64,000 nt of DNA from Candidatus Eiseniibacteriota bacterium (lineage in GTDB: Bacteria; Eisenbacteria; RBG-16-71-46; CAZAMP01). The notes beneath the pieces were generated by a model. That model was given only the letters and a program-made list of their open reading frames with translations, was not told the origin of the DNA and searched no databases. Below, piece by piece: positions 1-10,343 of the stretch. Every line of letters starts with the position of its first letter. The first letter of the stretch is position 1. The DNA lies in the NCBI GenBank assembly GCA_965224245.1, contig OZ245046.1, positions 160,001 to 224,000 on the forward strand, written 5' to 3'. The translations under genes and the position numbers were made by a program.

Positions 1-489
1 CCCGAGTTCGTGGTCGGAGGACCGGAGCACGACGTGCAGCGCGGTCGCGTGATGATCTTCGACATCGACATTCCGGACTTCGGGGACTGCAACGACAACG
101 GGGAGCCCGATGCCTGTGACATCTCCGGCGGTGCGTCCTTCGACGTGAACGAGGACGGCATTCCGGACGAGTGTCAGGCGCTATCCACCGAGACCGGATC
201 CTCGACGTCGCTTCGAACACGCCTCATCGGTGCATCCCCGGCGCCATTCAATCCGGCCGCGCACATCGAGTACGAGCTGGCCGACGCGGTCGGCGTCGTG
301 CTTCACGTGTTCGACGTGAGTGGACGTCGCGTGGCCCGGGTCGACGCCGGACATCGAGCTCCAGGGCGCCACACACTCATCTGGAGCGGTCGCGGCGACG
401 ACGGACGAGCGCTCCCCAGCGGCACGTACTTCCTGTCACTCGAGCTGGGTCGCGATCGGTTCCGGACACGGCTCGTCCTTCTGCGGTAG
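1..489 (+). CDS. 5'-truncated secreted protein: FG-GAP-like repeat end, Asp-rich Ca-binding repeats, C-terminal FlgD-Ig/T9SS-like domain
   Basis: Frame open from base 1 (PEFVVGGPEHD..GRV); DCNDNGEPDACD / DVNEDGIPDECQ repeats; C-terminus PAPFNP..VFDVSGRRV..WSGRGDDGRALPSGTYFL..LVLLR. Confidence 0.8.
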   Translation, partial: PEFVVGGPEHDVQRGRVMIFDIDIPDFGDCNDNGEPDACDISGGASFDVNEDGIPDECQALSTETGSSTSLRTRLIGASPAPFNPAAHIEYELADAVGVVLHVFDVSGRRVARVDAGHRAPGRHTLIWSGRGDDGRALPSGTYFLSLELGRDRFRTRLVLLR

Positions 490-650
490 GACGGTCAGGC
501 GCCGCTCTCTGGTAGGCTGGCGGCCGTCGGCTGTCGGCGAGGACTTCCTCGACGGGGTATGAGCGCACGATCTCCCGGTGTGGGCAGGTTACAATTGGAG
601 TCACGACCGCCTGCTCCGACGAACCGGACACTACGACATCCGGAGACTCC

Positions 651-1409
651 ATGCCGCCTCGACCGCAGACGAGAGCGACGATCACCGGCGCGCTCCACGG
701 CCGTGCACGAGTCGCCATCCGTGCCGCCACGGCTGTTCTCGCAGGGTTGGGGGTCCTCGCCTCGTCGCCGGGCTCCGCGCGGGCGGAGAGCGACCTTTAT
801 CTGCCGCTCGTCCTCGGGGCCACGTGGGAGTACGAAGGGCTCGACGGAGGTGTCGAGGTGCAGTCGGTGACCGAGACGGAGGTCGTGTTCGGCGACCAGA
901 CGTACGTGATCACGTTTCTCGAGAGCCCGCTCGACGAGGGACTGCGACAGTTCTGGAAGACCACCGAGTCCGGCGACGTGTACTTCAGAGGCTACGACCG
1001 GCCCCCTCTCTCCCGGGTGTACGTTCCGGCAATTCTGTGGGTGGATGCTCCGCTCGAGCTCGGCAAGACCTGGGAGCAGACGTTCGACGCCTACTCCTAT
1101 CCTGACGGCGAGTATCTCGGCCGGTTCGGCCTTTCACTCACCGTCCACGAGGACACCGTGGTGTCGACGCCGGCGGGGGAGTTCCATGCCTTTGGACTGG
1201 GCAGCGGTGCCGCGGCGCCCCTCGACGAGTCGTCCGGCCTCGAACCCTTCTCGGTGACCGGGCGGCGCGCCGCGACTGCCTGGTGGAGCGAGTTCGTGGG
1301 CCGCGTTCAGTACGATACGGTCGATCTCTACCGGTTGACGTCGTTCGAGCTCCCGAGCACGCCCGTCCGAGAGACGAGCTGGGCGACGGTCAAGTCGCAC
1401 TACGACTGA
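651..1409 (+). CDS. Secreted hypothetical protein with C-terminal TPV..SW..VK..Y motif
   Basis: Hydrophobic signal-like segment ending SARA-ES; YLPLVLGATWEY start of mature part; ends TPVRETSWATVKSHYD. Confidence 0.75.
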   Translation: MPPRPQTRATITGALHGRARVAIRAATAVLAGLGVLASSPGSARAESDLYLPLVLGATWEYEGLDGGVEVQSVTETEVVFGDQTYVITFLESPLDEGLRQFWKTTESGDVYFRGYDRPPLSRVYVPAILWVDAPLELGKTWEQTFDAYSYPDGEYLGRFGLSLTVHEDTVVSTPAGEFHAFGLGSGAAAPLDESSGLEPFSVTGRRAATAWWSEFVGRVQYDTVDLYRLTSFELPSTPVRETSWATVKSHYD

Positions 1410-1739
1410 CACCGTTCACGATCGCTCGCACGAACCTCGTCGTCTGCGCCCGAGCTTGCGGATGCTCGATCTCGTAGACATCCGACGCGGGATCCGGCCA
1501 CAACGATGTGACACCCACCGGCCTCTGCTGTAGCATGCGAGCCGCCCATGGAGCCCGCGTGGGTCTCGAACCACAACACTCCGCACGTTCGATGGGGGAG
1601 GCGGCGATCCGTCTCTTCCAGACTCCGACGACGTGCGGATGGACCTTCTCCTCATGCTCGAGCGAGGTGCGATCGGTGGGCCGTTTCTCGCGGTAACTCC
1701 GCCGCGAGAGCGGCGTCGACTGCGGCAAGGAGGTCGAGA

Positions 1740-2639
1740 ATGTCCCGTTTCCTTCGCGTGCTGGGTATGCTGCTTCTCATCACCGCGAGTCCGGCGGCGA
1801 CCGCCGGTGCGGCCGAGCCCGGAACGCCGGCGAGCGATGCACTCGCCGAGATCGAACAGGCCTTCGGGTTCGTCCCGTCGATGATCACGGCGTTGCCGGA
1901 GGCCGCGATCCCGGGCGCCTGGGAGGCGCTTCGCGACCTGGAGTTCAACCCCGGGACCGCGATCCCCAGCAAGTACAAGTCGCTGATCTCGATGGCGGTA
2001 GCCGCCCAGATTCCGTGTCACTACTGCCTGTACATCGACACGGAGTCCGCGAGGCTCGCGGGTGCCACCGACGCCGAGATCGCCGAAGCGCTCGGGATGG
2101 CGGCGATCACGCGTCAGTGGAGCACCGTGCTGAACGGAGCTCGGGCCGACATGGCCGCGTTCGAGGCGGACGTCGCCGGGATGCTGGAGTTCGCGGCCAG
2201 CCAGCCGGACGGCGGTGGCGCCGCGTCCGGGCCGGTCACCGACGCTGCCTCGGCGTACCAGGACATGGAGCGGACGCTGGGGCGTGTCCCCGGATTCATG
2301 CGTGCCTTTCCCGAGGTTGCCATCGCCGGAGCCTGGAAGGAGTTCAAGATGCTCCAGCTGAACCCGGCGACCGCGATCCCGGGGAAGTACAAGGAGCTCA
2401 TCGGGCTGGCCGTGGCCGCCCAGATTCCGTGCACGTACTGCATCGACGCGCACACCGCGTTCGCCGAGGCGAACGGCGCCACGGAGGACGAGCTGACGGA
2501 GGCCGTGGGCATCGCCGCGCTGGTGCGGCACTGGAGCACGGTGGTCAACGGCTCGCAGCAGTCACTCGACTCGTTCAAGGCAGAGGCCGATCGCATGCTC
2601 ACGGCTGCTGCGGCTGCTGCGGCGGCATCGAGCGATTGA
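1740..2639 (+). CDS. Carboxymuconolactone decarboxylase/AhpD-family protein with tandem domains and a signal peptide
   Basis: AGGAGG RBS before ATG 1740; two repeats of FG(R/F)VP..PE.A..GAW..KYK.LI..AVAAQIPCxYC; CHYC and CTYC motifs. Confidence 0.88.
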   Translation: MSRFLRVLGMLLLITASPAATAGAAEPGTPASDALAEIEQAFGFVPSMITALPEAAIPGAWEALRDLEFNPGTAIPSKYKSLISMAVAAQIPCHYCLYIDTESARLAGATDAEIAEALGMAAITRQWSTVLNGARADMAAFEADVAGMLEFAASQPDGGGAASGPVTDAASAYQDMERTLGRVPGFMRAFPEVAIAGAWKEFKMLQLNPATAIPGKYKELIGLAVAAQIPCTYCIDAHTAFAEANGATEDELTEAVGIAALVRHWSTVVNGSQQSLDSFKAEADRMLTAAAAAAAASSD

Positions 2640-2648
2640 AAGACGCGC

Positions 2649-2675
2649 GAGGGCCGGCATCGTTCGCCGGCCCTC
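2649..2675 (+). terminator. GC-rich hairpin after the AhpD-like gene
   Basis: GAGGGCCGGC-atcgttc-GCCGGCCCTC, perfect 10-bp stem, no clear U-tract. Confidence 0.4.
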
Positions 2676-2898
2676 CGCTCATGGGTGTGGATCCCGAGCA
2701 TCGCCCCGAGCCCCATCTCGGGGGACTGCGCCACGCCGTGCCGCCGTCGGCCAGGCCGGATGCCGGGGGACTACCATCGTCAGGCGGCGAGACGGGGACG
2801 ACGTTCAGCTTCGGCGGAGCCTTCTCGACCACACGGCGCCACGATGCACGAATGCGCTGCGAGGGCGCGGCTCAGACCCGGGTGAGCGCTCCTGGAGC

Positions 2899-4215
2899 TC
2901 AGTGCAGCATGCCGGAGAGCGACGTCGCGATTCCGAGGAAGCTCAGGAAGCCCACCACGTCCGTGACCGTGGTCAGCACGATGGACGAGGACTGTGCGGG
3001 GTCCTGTCCGAGTCGCGTGAGAACCATCGGAATGACCGCTCCCGCGAGGCCGGCCGCCGTCATCGACAGGATCATCGACAACAGGATCACGAGCGCCAGT
3101 CCCGGAGATCGACTCCAGATCCAGACTGCCGCGCCCGTGGTCAGCGCCACGGCAACGCCGTTCATCGCGCCCGCGGCGAGCTCCTTGAGCGCCACCCGAG
3201 CCCACTGACGAAGCCGCACCTCGCGAAGCGCGAGCCCCCGCATGGTGACGGCCAGCGCCTGGGCCCCCGTGTTTCCGGACTGTCCCGCCACGACCGGCAA
3301 GAGGATTGCCAGCGCGGTGAAGCGTGCGATCGTGTCCTCGAACAGCCCCACCACCGCGGCGGCCAGGAATGCGGTCAACAGGTTGATCTGGAGCCAGGGC
3401 AGTCGCTTTCGAACCGCGAAGAACGGACTCGACAGCGCGCGTTCGTCGCGCCCCGCACCCACCATCGTGACGAGACTGCCGGCGGACGCGGTTTGCGCCG
3501 TCTCGATGAGCTCGCGCTGTCGGAGTACGCCGAGGATGCGGTTGTCATAGTCCACCACCGGGAGGCTCCGGGCCCGCCGGCTATCGAGCGTCTCGATGAT
3601 CTCGTCCCGCGGCGCGAATGCCGTGACCTTCGGCGGGTCCCACTGGGCCAGCGTCTCGAGCGCATCGGACGGCTTGGCGAGCACGATGTCCTCGATGCTC
3701 ACCGCGCCGAGCAGGTGATCCTCCTCGTCGACCACGAAGACATCCTGCAGTCGAAGTCGCCGACGGCCGCGAAGGCGACGCCGGACCTCGCGCACGCGCG
3801 TGTCGGCGAGGAAGGTGGTCACGCGGGGATCCATCAGGTGTCCCGCGGTGTTCTCGGGATACGACATCAGATGGGTGAGCTCTTGGACGGTTGCGGCCTC
3901 CATGGTGGTCAGGCACGCCTGCCGCGTGGCGGCGCCCAGCCCGGCGAGCAGCGCAGCTGCCCGGTTCGGATCCAGCTTCTCGAGGAGGTGGCCGGCGCGC
4001 GACGGCGGCATCTCGGCCAGTGCGCCTCGAGCGGCCTCGGGTGTGAGCCGGCGAAGCACCTCGACGGCGCGATCGATCTGCTCCTTGGTCAGCAGCGAGG
4101 CAAGGTCGTCGGCGGGGGCCGACTCCAGACGCCGCGCGAGATCGGTCGGGTACCGATCGATGTAGGCTCGGACGAGCCGATCGAGGACCGGCTCGGCCGC
4201 CGGGGAGACGGTCAA
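2899..4215 (-). CDS. mgtE: Magnesium transporter MgtE
   Basis: MgtE N-domain, YPENTAGHLM, CBS pair, TM region with RLPWL, GNTGAQA, DPAQSS and TTVTDVVGF (Mg-binding Asp). Confidence 0.92.
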   Translation of the reverse strand: MTVSPAAEPVLDRLVRAYIDRYPTDLARRLESAPADDLASLLTKEQIDRAVEVLRRLTPEAARGALAEMPPSRAGHLLEKLDPNRAAALLAGLGAATRQACLTTMEAATVQELTHLMSYPENTAGHLMDPRVTTFLADTRVREVRRRLRGRRRLRLQDVFVVDEEDHLLGAVSIEDIVLAKPSDALETLAQWDPPKVTAFAPRDEIIETLDSRRARSLPVVDYDNRILGVLRQRELIETAQTASAGSLVTMVGAGRDERALSSPFFAVRKRLPWLQINLLTAFLAAAVVGLFEDTIARFTALAILLPVVAGQSGNTGAQALAVTMRGLALREVRLRQWARVALKELAAGAMNGVAVALTTGAAVWIWSRSPGLALVILLSMILSMTAAGLAGAVIPMVLTRLGQDPAQSSSIVLTTVTDVVGFLSFLGIATSLSGMLH

Positions 4216-5078
4216 GACTCTCGTCCTCCCTTCGCACCGTCTGCCTGCGCCGCCGGTCGATCCGGGGTGATGCTACGTGCCAGCGCATCGATCACGCCCA
4301 CGATCCCGGTGCGGAACAGATCACCGAGCGCGTTGGTGGTAACGGCAGATGGCGGGCCGCCGACGTCCTCGAGCTCACGCTCCAGTCGACGGAGCATTCC
4401 GTACCGGATCGCACCCAGGAATCGGCCGTTGTCTCCGACCACCGGCAGCGAGTAGACCTCCCGCCACCCCACGTGCTCGAGGATCGACCGATGATCATCG
4501 GTCACGAGAATCCGGTGGTGAGCCGAGCTCATCACGGCGGGAAGCCGCTCGTGCTCGTCCGCGCTGAGCAGCTCCTGCAAGTTGAGGACTCCCAGCAGCA
4601 CGCCCCCACGATCGACCACATACAGATTGTATGTGACGTGCTCGGACTCTCGGTCGACGACGGCCCGGGCCTCCCGGACGGACAGATCGTCCGGCACCGC
4701 CAGCACGAGCGGATCCATCAACGCGCCCGCGGTCCGGACCGGGTATGCGATCGACGCGCTCACGCGCGGTGCCAGATCCTCCGGCAGCGCCTCGATGATC
4801 GCGACACGACGATCCTCCGGAACTCGACGGAGCAGCGCCGTGATGACGTCGAGCGACAGCTCCGAGAGGAGCGCACTGGACTCCTCGGGCGTGAGCTCGA
4901 TCAAGACGCGACGCGAGTATGATGGCACCATCTGGCGGAGGACCCCGGCGGCGGCCGAGGCGGTGAGCGATCGCAGCAGCCACGCGGCGTCGGCGGCACT
5001 GCCCGACTCCAGTAGGCTGGCCACGTCGCTGGGGTGTCCCGCCGCGAACGCTTGGGCGATGTTCCGTCGCAGGCTCAT
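4212..5078 (-). CDS. MgtE N-terminal + CBS-pair protein lacking the transmembrane domain
   Basis: HPSDVA..LE, YPVRTAGALMDP, LYVVD..GVL, LPVVGD; no MgtE TM domain; 4-bp overlap with mgtE start; start 5078 (ATG) or 5090 (GTG). Confidence 0.82.
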   Translation of the reverse strand: MSLRRNIAQAFAAGHPSDVASLLESGSAADAAWLLRSLTASAAAGVLRQMVPSYSRRVLIELTPEESSALLSELSLDVITALLRRVPEDRRVAIIEALPEDLAPRVSASIAYPVRTAGALMDPLVLAVPDDLSVREARAVVDRESEHVTYNLYVVDRGGVLLGVLNLQELLSADEHERLPAVMSSAHHRILVTDDHRSILEHVGWREVYSLPVVGDNGRFLGAIRYGMLRRLERELEDVGGPPSAVTTNALGDLFRTGIVGVIDALARSITPDRPAAQADGAKGGRES

Positions 5079-5230
5079 CCCGTTCGCCACCGAAGACCCC
5101 TACTCGTCGCCCCGGCGCCGTTGGCCGTGCCTTCTGACTTCCAGACCGCTAGGCTGTCGTCGCGTCGAGTCGTACGGTAGCGTGTTGTGACCACGAAGGC
5201 CACTCCAGCTTGGGTGCGGGAGGGAATGAC

Positions 5231-6061
5231 ATGTCGGACATTATCGATCTCGAGGCCTGGCGCGCCGCGGCCGCCGAGTCGCTGACTCAGCTCGTTTCGA
5301 GAGCGGCGCAGCTCCTGCCGGCCCTTGCGAGCGCGGTCGTCATCCTGATCCTGGGGTGGGGGGTGTCGCGGCTGGCAACGGCCCTGACCGTCCGGGTGCT
5401 CACTCGTCTTGGGTTCGATCGGACGTGCGAGCGCCTCCGGGTCACCGAGACGCTCCGGCGCGCCCGAATCTCGCTCACACCATCGATGATCGCGGCCCGC
5501 GTGATCGGCTGGGTGCTCCTGCTCGCCTTCGCGTTCTCCGCGGCGGAGACGCTCGGGCTCAGGTCGGTGACGCGGATCATCGACTACACGATCGCGTACG
5601 TGCCCCGGCTCGGGTCGGCGGTACTGGTCGTGGCGCTGGGGCTCCCGCTCGGTCGCCTGGCACGCAATCTGGTGCAGTCGGCCGGCACCATGGCCGGGCT
5701 CGCGCAGGCGAGCCCACTCGGCACGGTCGTTCAGGCCGCGATCATCCTGATCACCGGAGTGCTCGCGTTGGCGCAGCTGGGGATCCAGACGGACATCCTG
5801 GTCACGGTCATCACCGCCCTGATCACGACTCTCGGACTCACGCTCGGCGCAGCGTTCGCCCTCGGTGCCCGTCCACTCGTGACTCACATCCTCGCCGGCC
5901 ACAGCCTTCGCGCTCACCTGGACGTGGGGACGGCGGTCGAGGTCGTCGGGCGCAAGGGCGTCGTCGAGCGTATCGGCGCCTTCGATACCTACTTCCGGGA
6001 CGAGGGGCGTCGGTGGTCGATGCCGAACGCGGTGCTCCTGGAGGAGATCAGAGCGTACTGA
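5231..6061 (+). CDS. Small-conductance mechanosensitive channel-like protein (MscS/CmpX type)
   Basis: LPALASAVVILILGW and YVPRLGSAVLVV TM repeats, AFALGAR..ILAG, C-terminal beta domain GVVERIG..PN. Confidence 0.8.
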   Translation: MSDIIDLEAWRAAAAESLTQLVSRAAQLLPALASAVVILILGWGVSRLATALTVRVLTRLGFDRTCERLRVTETLRRARISLTPSMIAARVIGWVLLLAFAFSAAETLGLRSVTRIIDYTIAYVPRLGSAVLVVALGLPLGRLARNLVQSAGTMAGLAQASPLGTVVQAAIILITGVLALAQLGIQTDILVTVITALITTLGLTLGAAFALGARPLVTHILAGHSLRAHLDVGTAVEVVGRKGVVERIGAFDTYFRDEGRRWSMPNAVLLEEIRAY

Positions 6062-6346
6062 CCGACTTCGAAACGAATGTCCGCCGTCGACCGCCGCCGG
6101 GTCGGCACGCTCGTGTTCGGCCGAGTCGCACCGATGGCTCGTTGCGTTCGGTTGGGCGCTGGGCTAAAGCTACCGGCGGGGACAGTGGTCCCGGGCCCGA
6201 GACGACCCGAACCGGTCGTGAGAGTCGAGCACGCGGTCACGTGGTGAGTTCGCGACGACGCTCGCGCGACCGCGCAATCGGGAGTCGTGCTCCGCGCATG
6301 ACGGAGCGGTCGGATGGGGGCTGCAACCGCGCATCGAGGTGGGTCC

Positions 6347-7378
6347 GTGACGACGAACACCCTGGTCTGGATCGGAATCGTGTTCTGCATCTCCCAGTCC
6401 GCGATCTTCTCCGGGCTCAACCTGGCCGTGTTCGGAATCAGTCGGCTGCGTCTCGAGATCGAGGCGTCTGGCGGAAGCGCGGCGGCCTCCCGGGTCCTCG
6501 AGCTGCGGAAGCGCTCGAACATGACGCTCACCACGATTCTGTGGGGAAACGTCGCGGTCAACGTGCTCCTGACGTTGCTGTCCAAGTCGGTGTTGGCGGG
6601 GGGCGCGGCGTTTCTGTTCTCGACGTTCGTGATCACCTTCGCCGGCGAGATCCTGCCACAGGCGTATTTCTCCCGAAACGCGATGCGCATGGCCTCGCTG
6701 CTCTCTCCCGTCCTCGTCTTCTACCAGCGTCTCCTGTACCCGGTGACGAAGCCGTCGGGGATGCTGCTCGACTGGTGGCTCGGTCCGGAAGGGATCCCCT
6801 ACTTCCGCGAGCGGGACTTCCGGGAGGTCATCAAGAGGCACATCCAGGCGGCCGAGACCGACTTGGAGCGAGTCGAGGGACTGGGGGCGCTCAACTTCCT
6901 CGAGCTCGACGACGTAGCCGTCGCCGAGGAGGGAGAGCCCGTGGACGCTGGAAGCGTCATCGAGCTGCCCGCCACGATCGACCTTCCCGTGTTCCCGCCC
7001 ATCGAGCGATCACCCACCGACCCGTTTCTCAGCAAGGTGCACGACTCCGGCAAGAAGTGGGTGATCCTGACCGATCCCCAGGGCGTCCCCCGCCTCGTCC
7101 TGGACGCAGACGGCTTCCTGCGAGGCGCTCTGCTCGACTCGGGCTCCTTCAATCCCTACGCCTACTGTCATCGACCGATCGTGGTCACCGATCCCGGCGC
7201 GAAGCTCGGCGAGGTTCTCTCGAATCTGGGGGTCGAGGCTCGATCACCCGACGATGACGTGATCGACCTCGACATCGTTCTGGTATGGGGTGCCGAGAAA
7301 CGCGTGATCACCGGTGCGGACGTCCTGGGACGTCTGATGCGTGGGATCGCCTCTCGCAAGGAGACCCCGCGCATCTAG
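6347..7378 (+). CDS. DUF21/CNNM-domain membrane protein (CorC/HlyC-related)
   Basis: SAIFSGLNLA, LTTILWGNV.VN, GEILPQAY, YPVTKP; degenerate CBS-like C-terminus; GTG start after GAGGTG. Confidence 0.85.
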   Translation: MTTNTLVWIGIVFCISQSAIFSGLNLAVFGISRLRLEIEASGGSAAASRVLELRKRSNMTLTTILWGNVAVNVLLTLLSKSVLAGGAAFLFSTFVITFAGEILPQAYFSRNAMRMASLLSPVLVFYQRLLYPVTKPSGMLLDWWLGPEGIPYFRERDFREVIKRHIQAAETDLERVEGLGALNFLELDDVAVAEEGEPVDAGSVIELPATIDLPVFPPIERSPTDPFLSKVHDSGKKWVILTDPQGVPRLVLDADGFLRGALLDSGSFNPYAYCHRPIVVTDPGAKLGEVLSNLGVEARSPDDDVIDLDIVLVWGAEKRVITGADVLGRLMRGIASRKETPRI

Positions 7379-7543
7379 GCTCGGCGACCATCCGTGCCGG
7401 ACGGATCGCCAGCGCGCCACCCATCGAGTCCTCGGGACCTTCCGGAATCGGTGCTATGTTGGTCGTGGATGGAACTCGTGGCAACGGATGCTCGGAACCC
7501 GCAAGCGACGAACGACACGGCCGGCTGAACGTGAGGGCGACCT

Positions 7544-9070
<1,527 letters not shown>

Positions 9071-9192
9071 ATCGCCCCTGTCGGCGTCTTGCGGTCGAGC
9101 CCTCACGTGCCGAATCCGCGCGCGCATCGGCTCGCGTGGGCTCGAGAGAACGACCGCGGTGTGACCCTCGTCGTCGGTCGTCCGGGCGCGGC

Positions 9193-9591
9193 CTACAGGA
9201 ACCCGACGTCCTTCGTCGCGGACGTCACGACGTAGCACCGTTCGATGTTGGAGCCACGGTCCGCGGGCACGAGAAAGAACCCCGGTCGACCCGGCTGATA
9301 GCCCGCCGTCGTTCCGGTCAGCACTTCGCCGTCCGCGAACTCCACCTTGATGCGACGCCCGGCCATGGGGCGCGACGGGTCGAACTCGTTGGTGTGGACG
9401 TGCTCTCTGTCGCCCTCGAAGTTCCTCACGAAGAACAGTGCCTTCAGGTCCTCCGTGGCAATCTCGATCTGCTGGGCTCCGTCGGCGCCCGACGTCTCAC
9501 GTACGTGAAACGAAGCCTTCGCGGGCGAGAAGTCGGCGGTCGTGCCCTTGACGACCCGGCCGTCGATGAACCGCGCTACGACCTTGTTCAT
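9193..9591 (-). CDS. Small conserved hypothetical protein with internal duplication (DUF6982-like)
   Basis: AGGAG RBS; MNKVVARFIDGRVVKGTT and RIKVEFADGEVLTGTT halves; LKALFFVRNF motif. Confidence 0.75.
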   Translation of the reverse strand: MNKVVARFIDGRVVKGTTADFSPAKASFHVRETSGADGAQQIEIATEDLKALFFVRNFEGDREHVHTNEFDPSRPMAGRRIKVEFADGEVLTGTTAGYQPGRPGFFLVPADRGSNIERCYVVTSATKDVGFL

Positions 9592-9835
9592 GAGAGGCTC
9601 CTCCTGGAACTGGAGTACCGCGTCAGCTCGGGGATCCATCCTCGGGCGCGGCTGGACGGTCCCCCGGGACGCTGTCGACCAATATGGAATCTTCGGGCGA
9701 AACCCCTCGATCCTTGACGGTATCGTTCGCGTCCAGGTCGAGGACCTCCGCGCCGGTCCGGCGGCGCGGCTTCTCATGCGCGCGTGACACCTCCGAGCTC
9801 CGCCCCGTGCACGGCCTACGATACGGTGGTGGTTG

Positions 9836-9866
9836 TCGTAACGTTTACGATTATAATAACTTACGA
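9836..9866. promoter_or_regulatory. AT-rich putative operator / divergent -10 region
   Basis: TCGTAA-cgt-TTACGA palindrome, further TTACGA at 9861, ATTATAAT (TATAAT on both strands) at 9850-9857. Confidence 0.4.
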
Positions 9867-10111
9867 AGAGGGACAACCCGGGGCGGCGAGCCGGCGCCTC
9901 TTCCTCACGCTTCGTGCTCCTGGTGGAGCGTCCGAGCTGGCCATTCTCGATGTGTCGGGGTGCGCCGTCGGGCTCGTGTCCACGGCCGACACCGAAGGAC
10001 GTGATTGGAACGGACGAGGTGCCGATGAACGACCGGTGCCGTCCCGGCGTCTACGTCGCACGTCTCGCCGCGGGTGGCGCGGCGAGCACGCGCGTGCTCG
10101 TCGTTCGATGA
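9860..10111 (+). pseudogene. Frameshifted remnant of a FlgD-Ig/T9SS-like C-terminal domain
   Basis: One frame gives LAILDVSG..WNGRGADERPVP, the next gives GVYVARL..RVLVVR-stop; an extra C in the CCC at 10043-10045 separates them. Confidence 0.6.
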
Positions 10112-10343
10112 CCGCTGCTCGGCCTTGACTCATGCGTTCACGCCGACGAACATGATCCGGCCTCGGAGCCAGCGCGATGAGAACGGCGGCCCGTGCTCGC
10201 GCGTCGAGCCACGCGGAACGCCGCCTCTATCCGGCACGGCGACGAGCTCGGAAGATGGCAGTGAGCCGATGAGCGCTGCGTGAGCGCCTGGTGGAGCTTC
10301 TGGTAGCCGGCGAGGCTCGTCGACGTTGAGTAGATCACCTCGA

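Noticed and set aside
5090-5230. M-box (ykoK) Mg2+ riboswitch upstream of the mgtE operon
   Set aside because: The gap is only about 140 bp, shared with a divergent gene, and no recognisable aptamer motifs were seen; an Infernal scan would be decisive.
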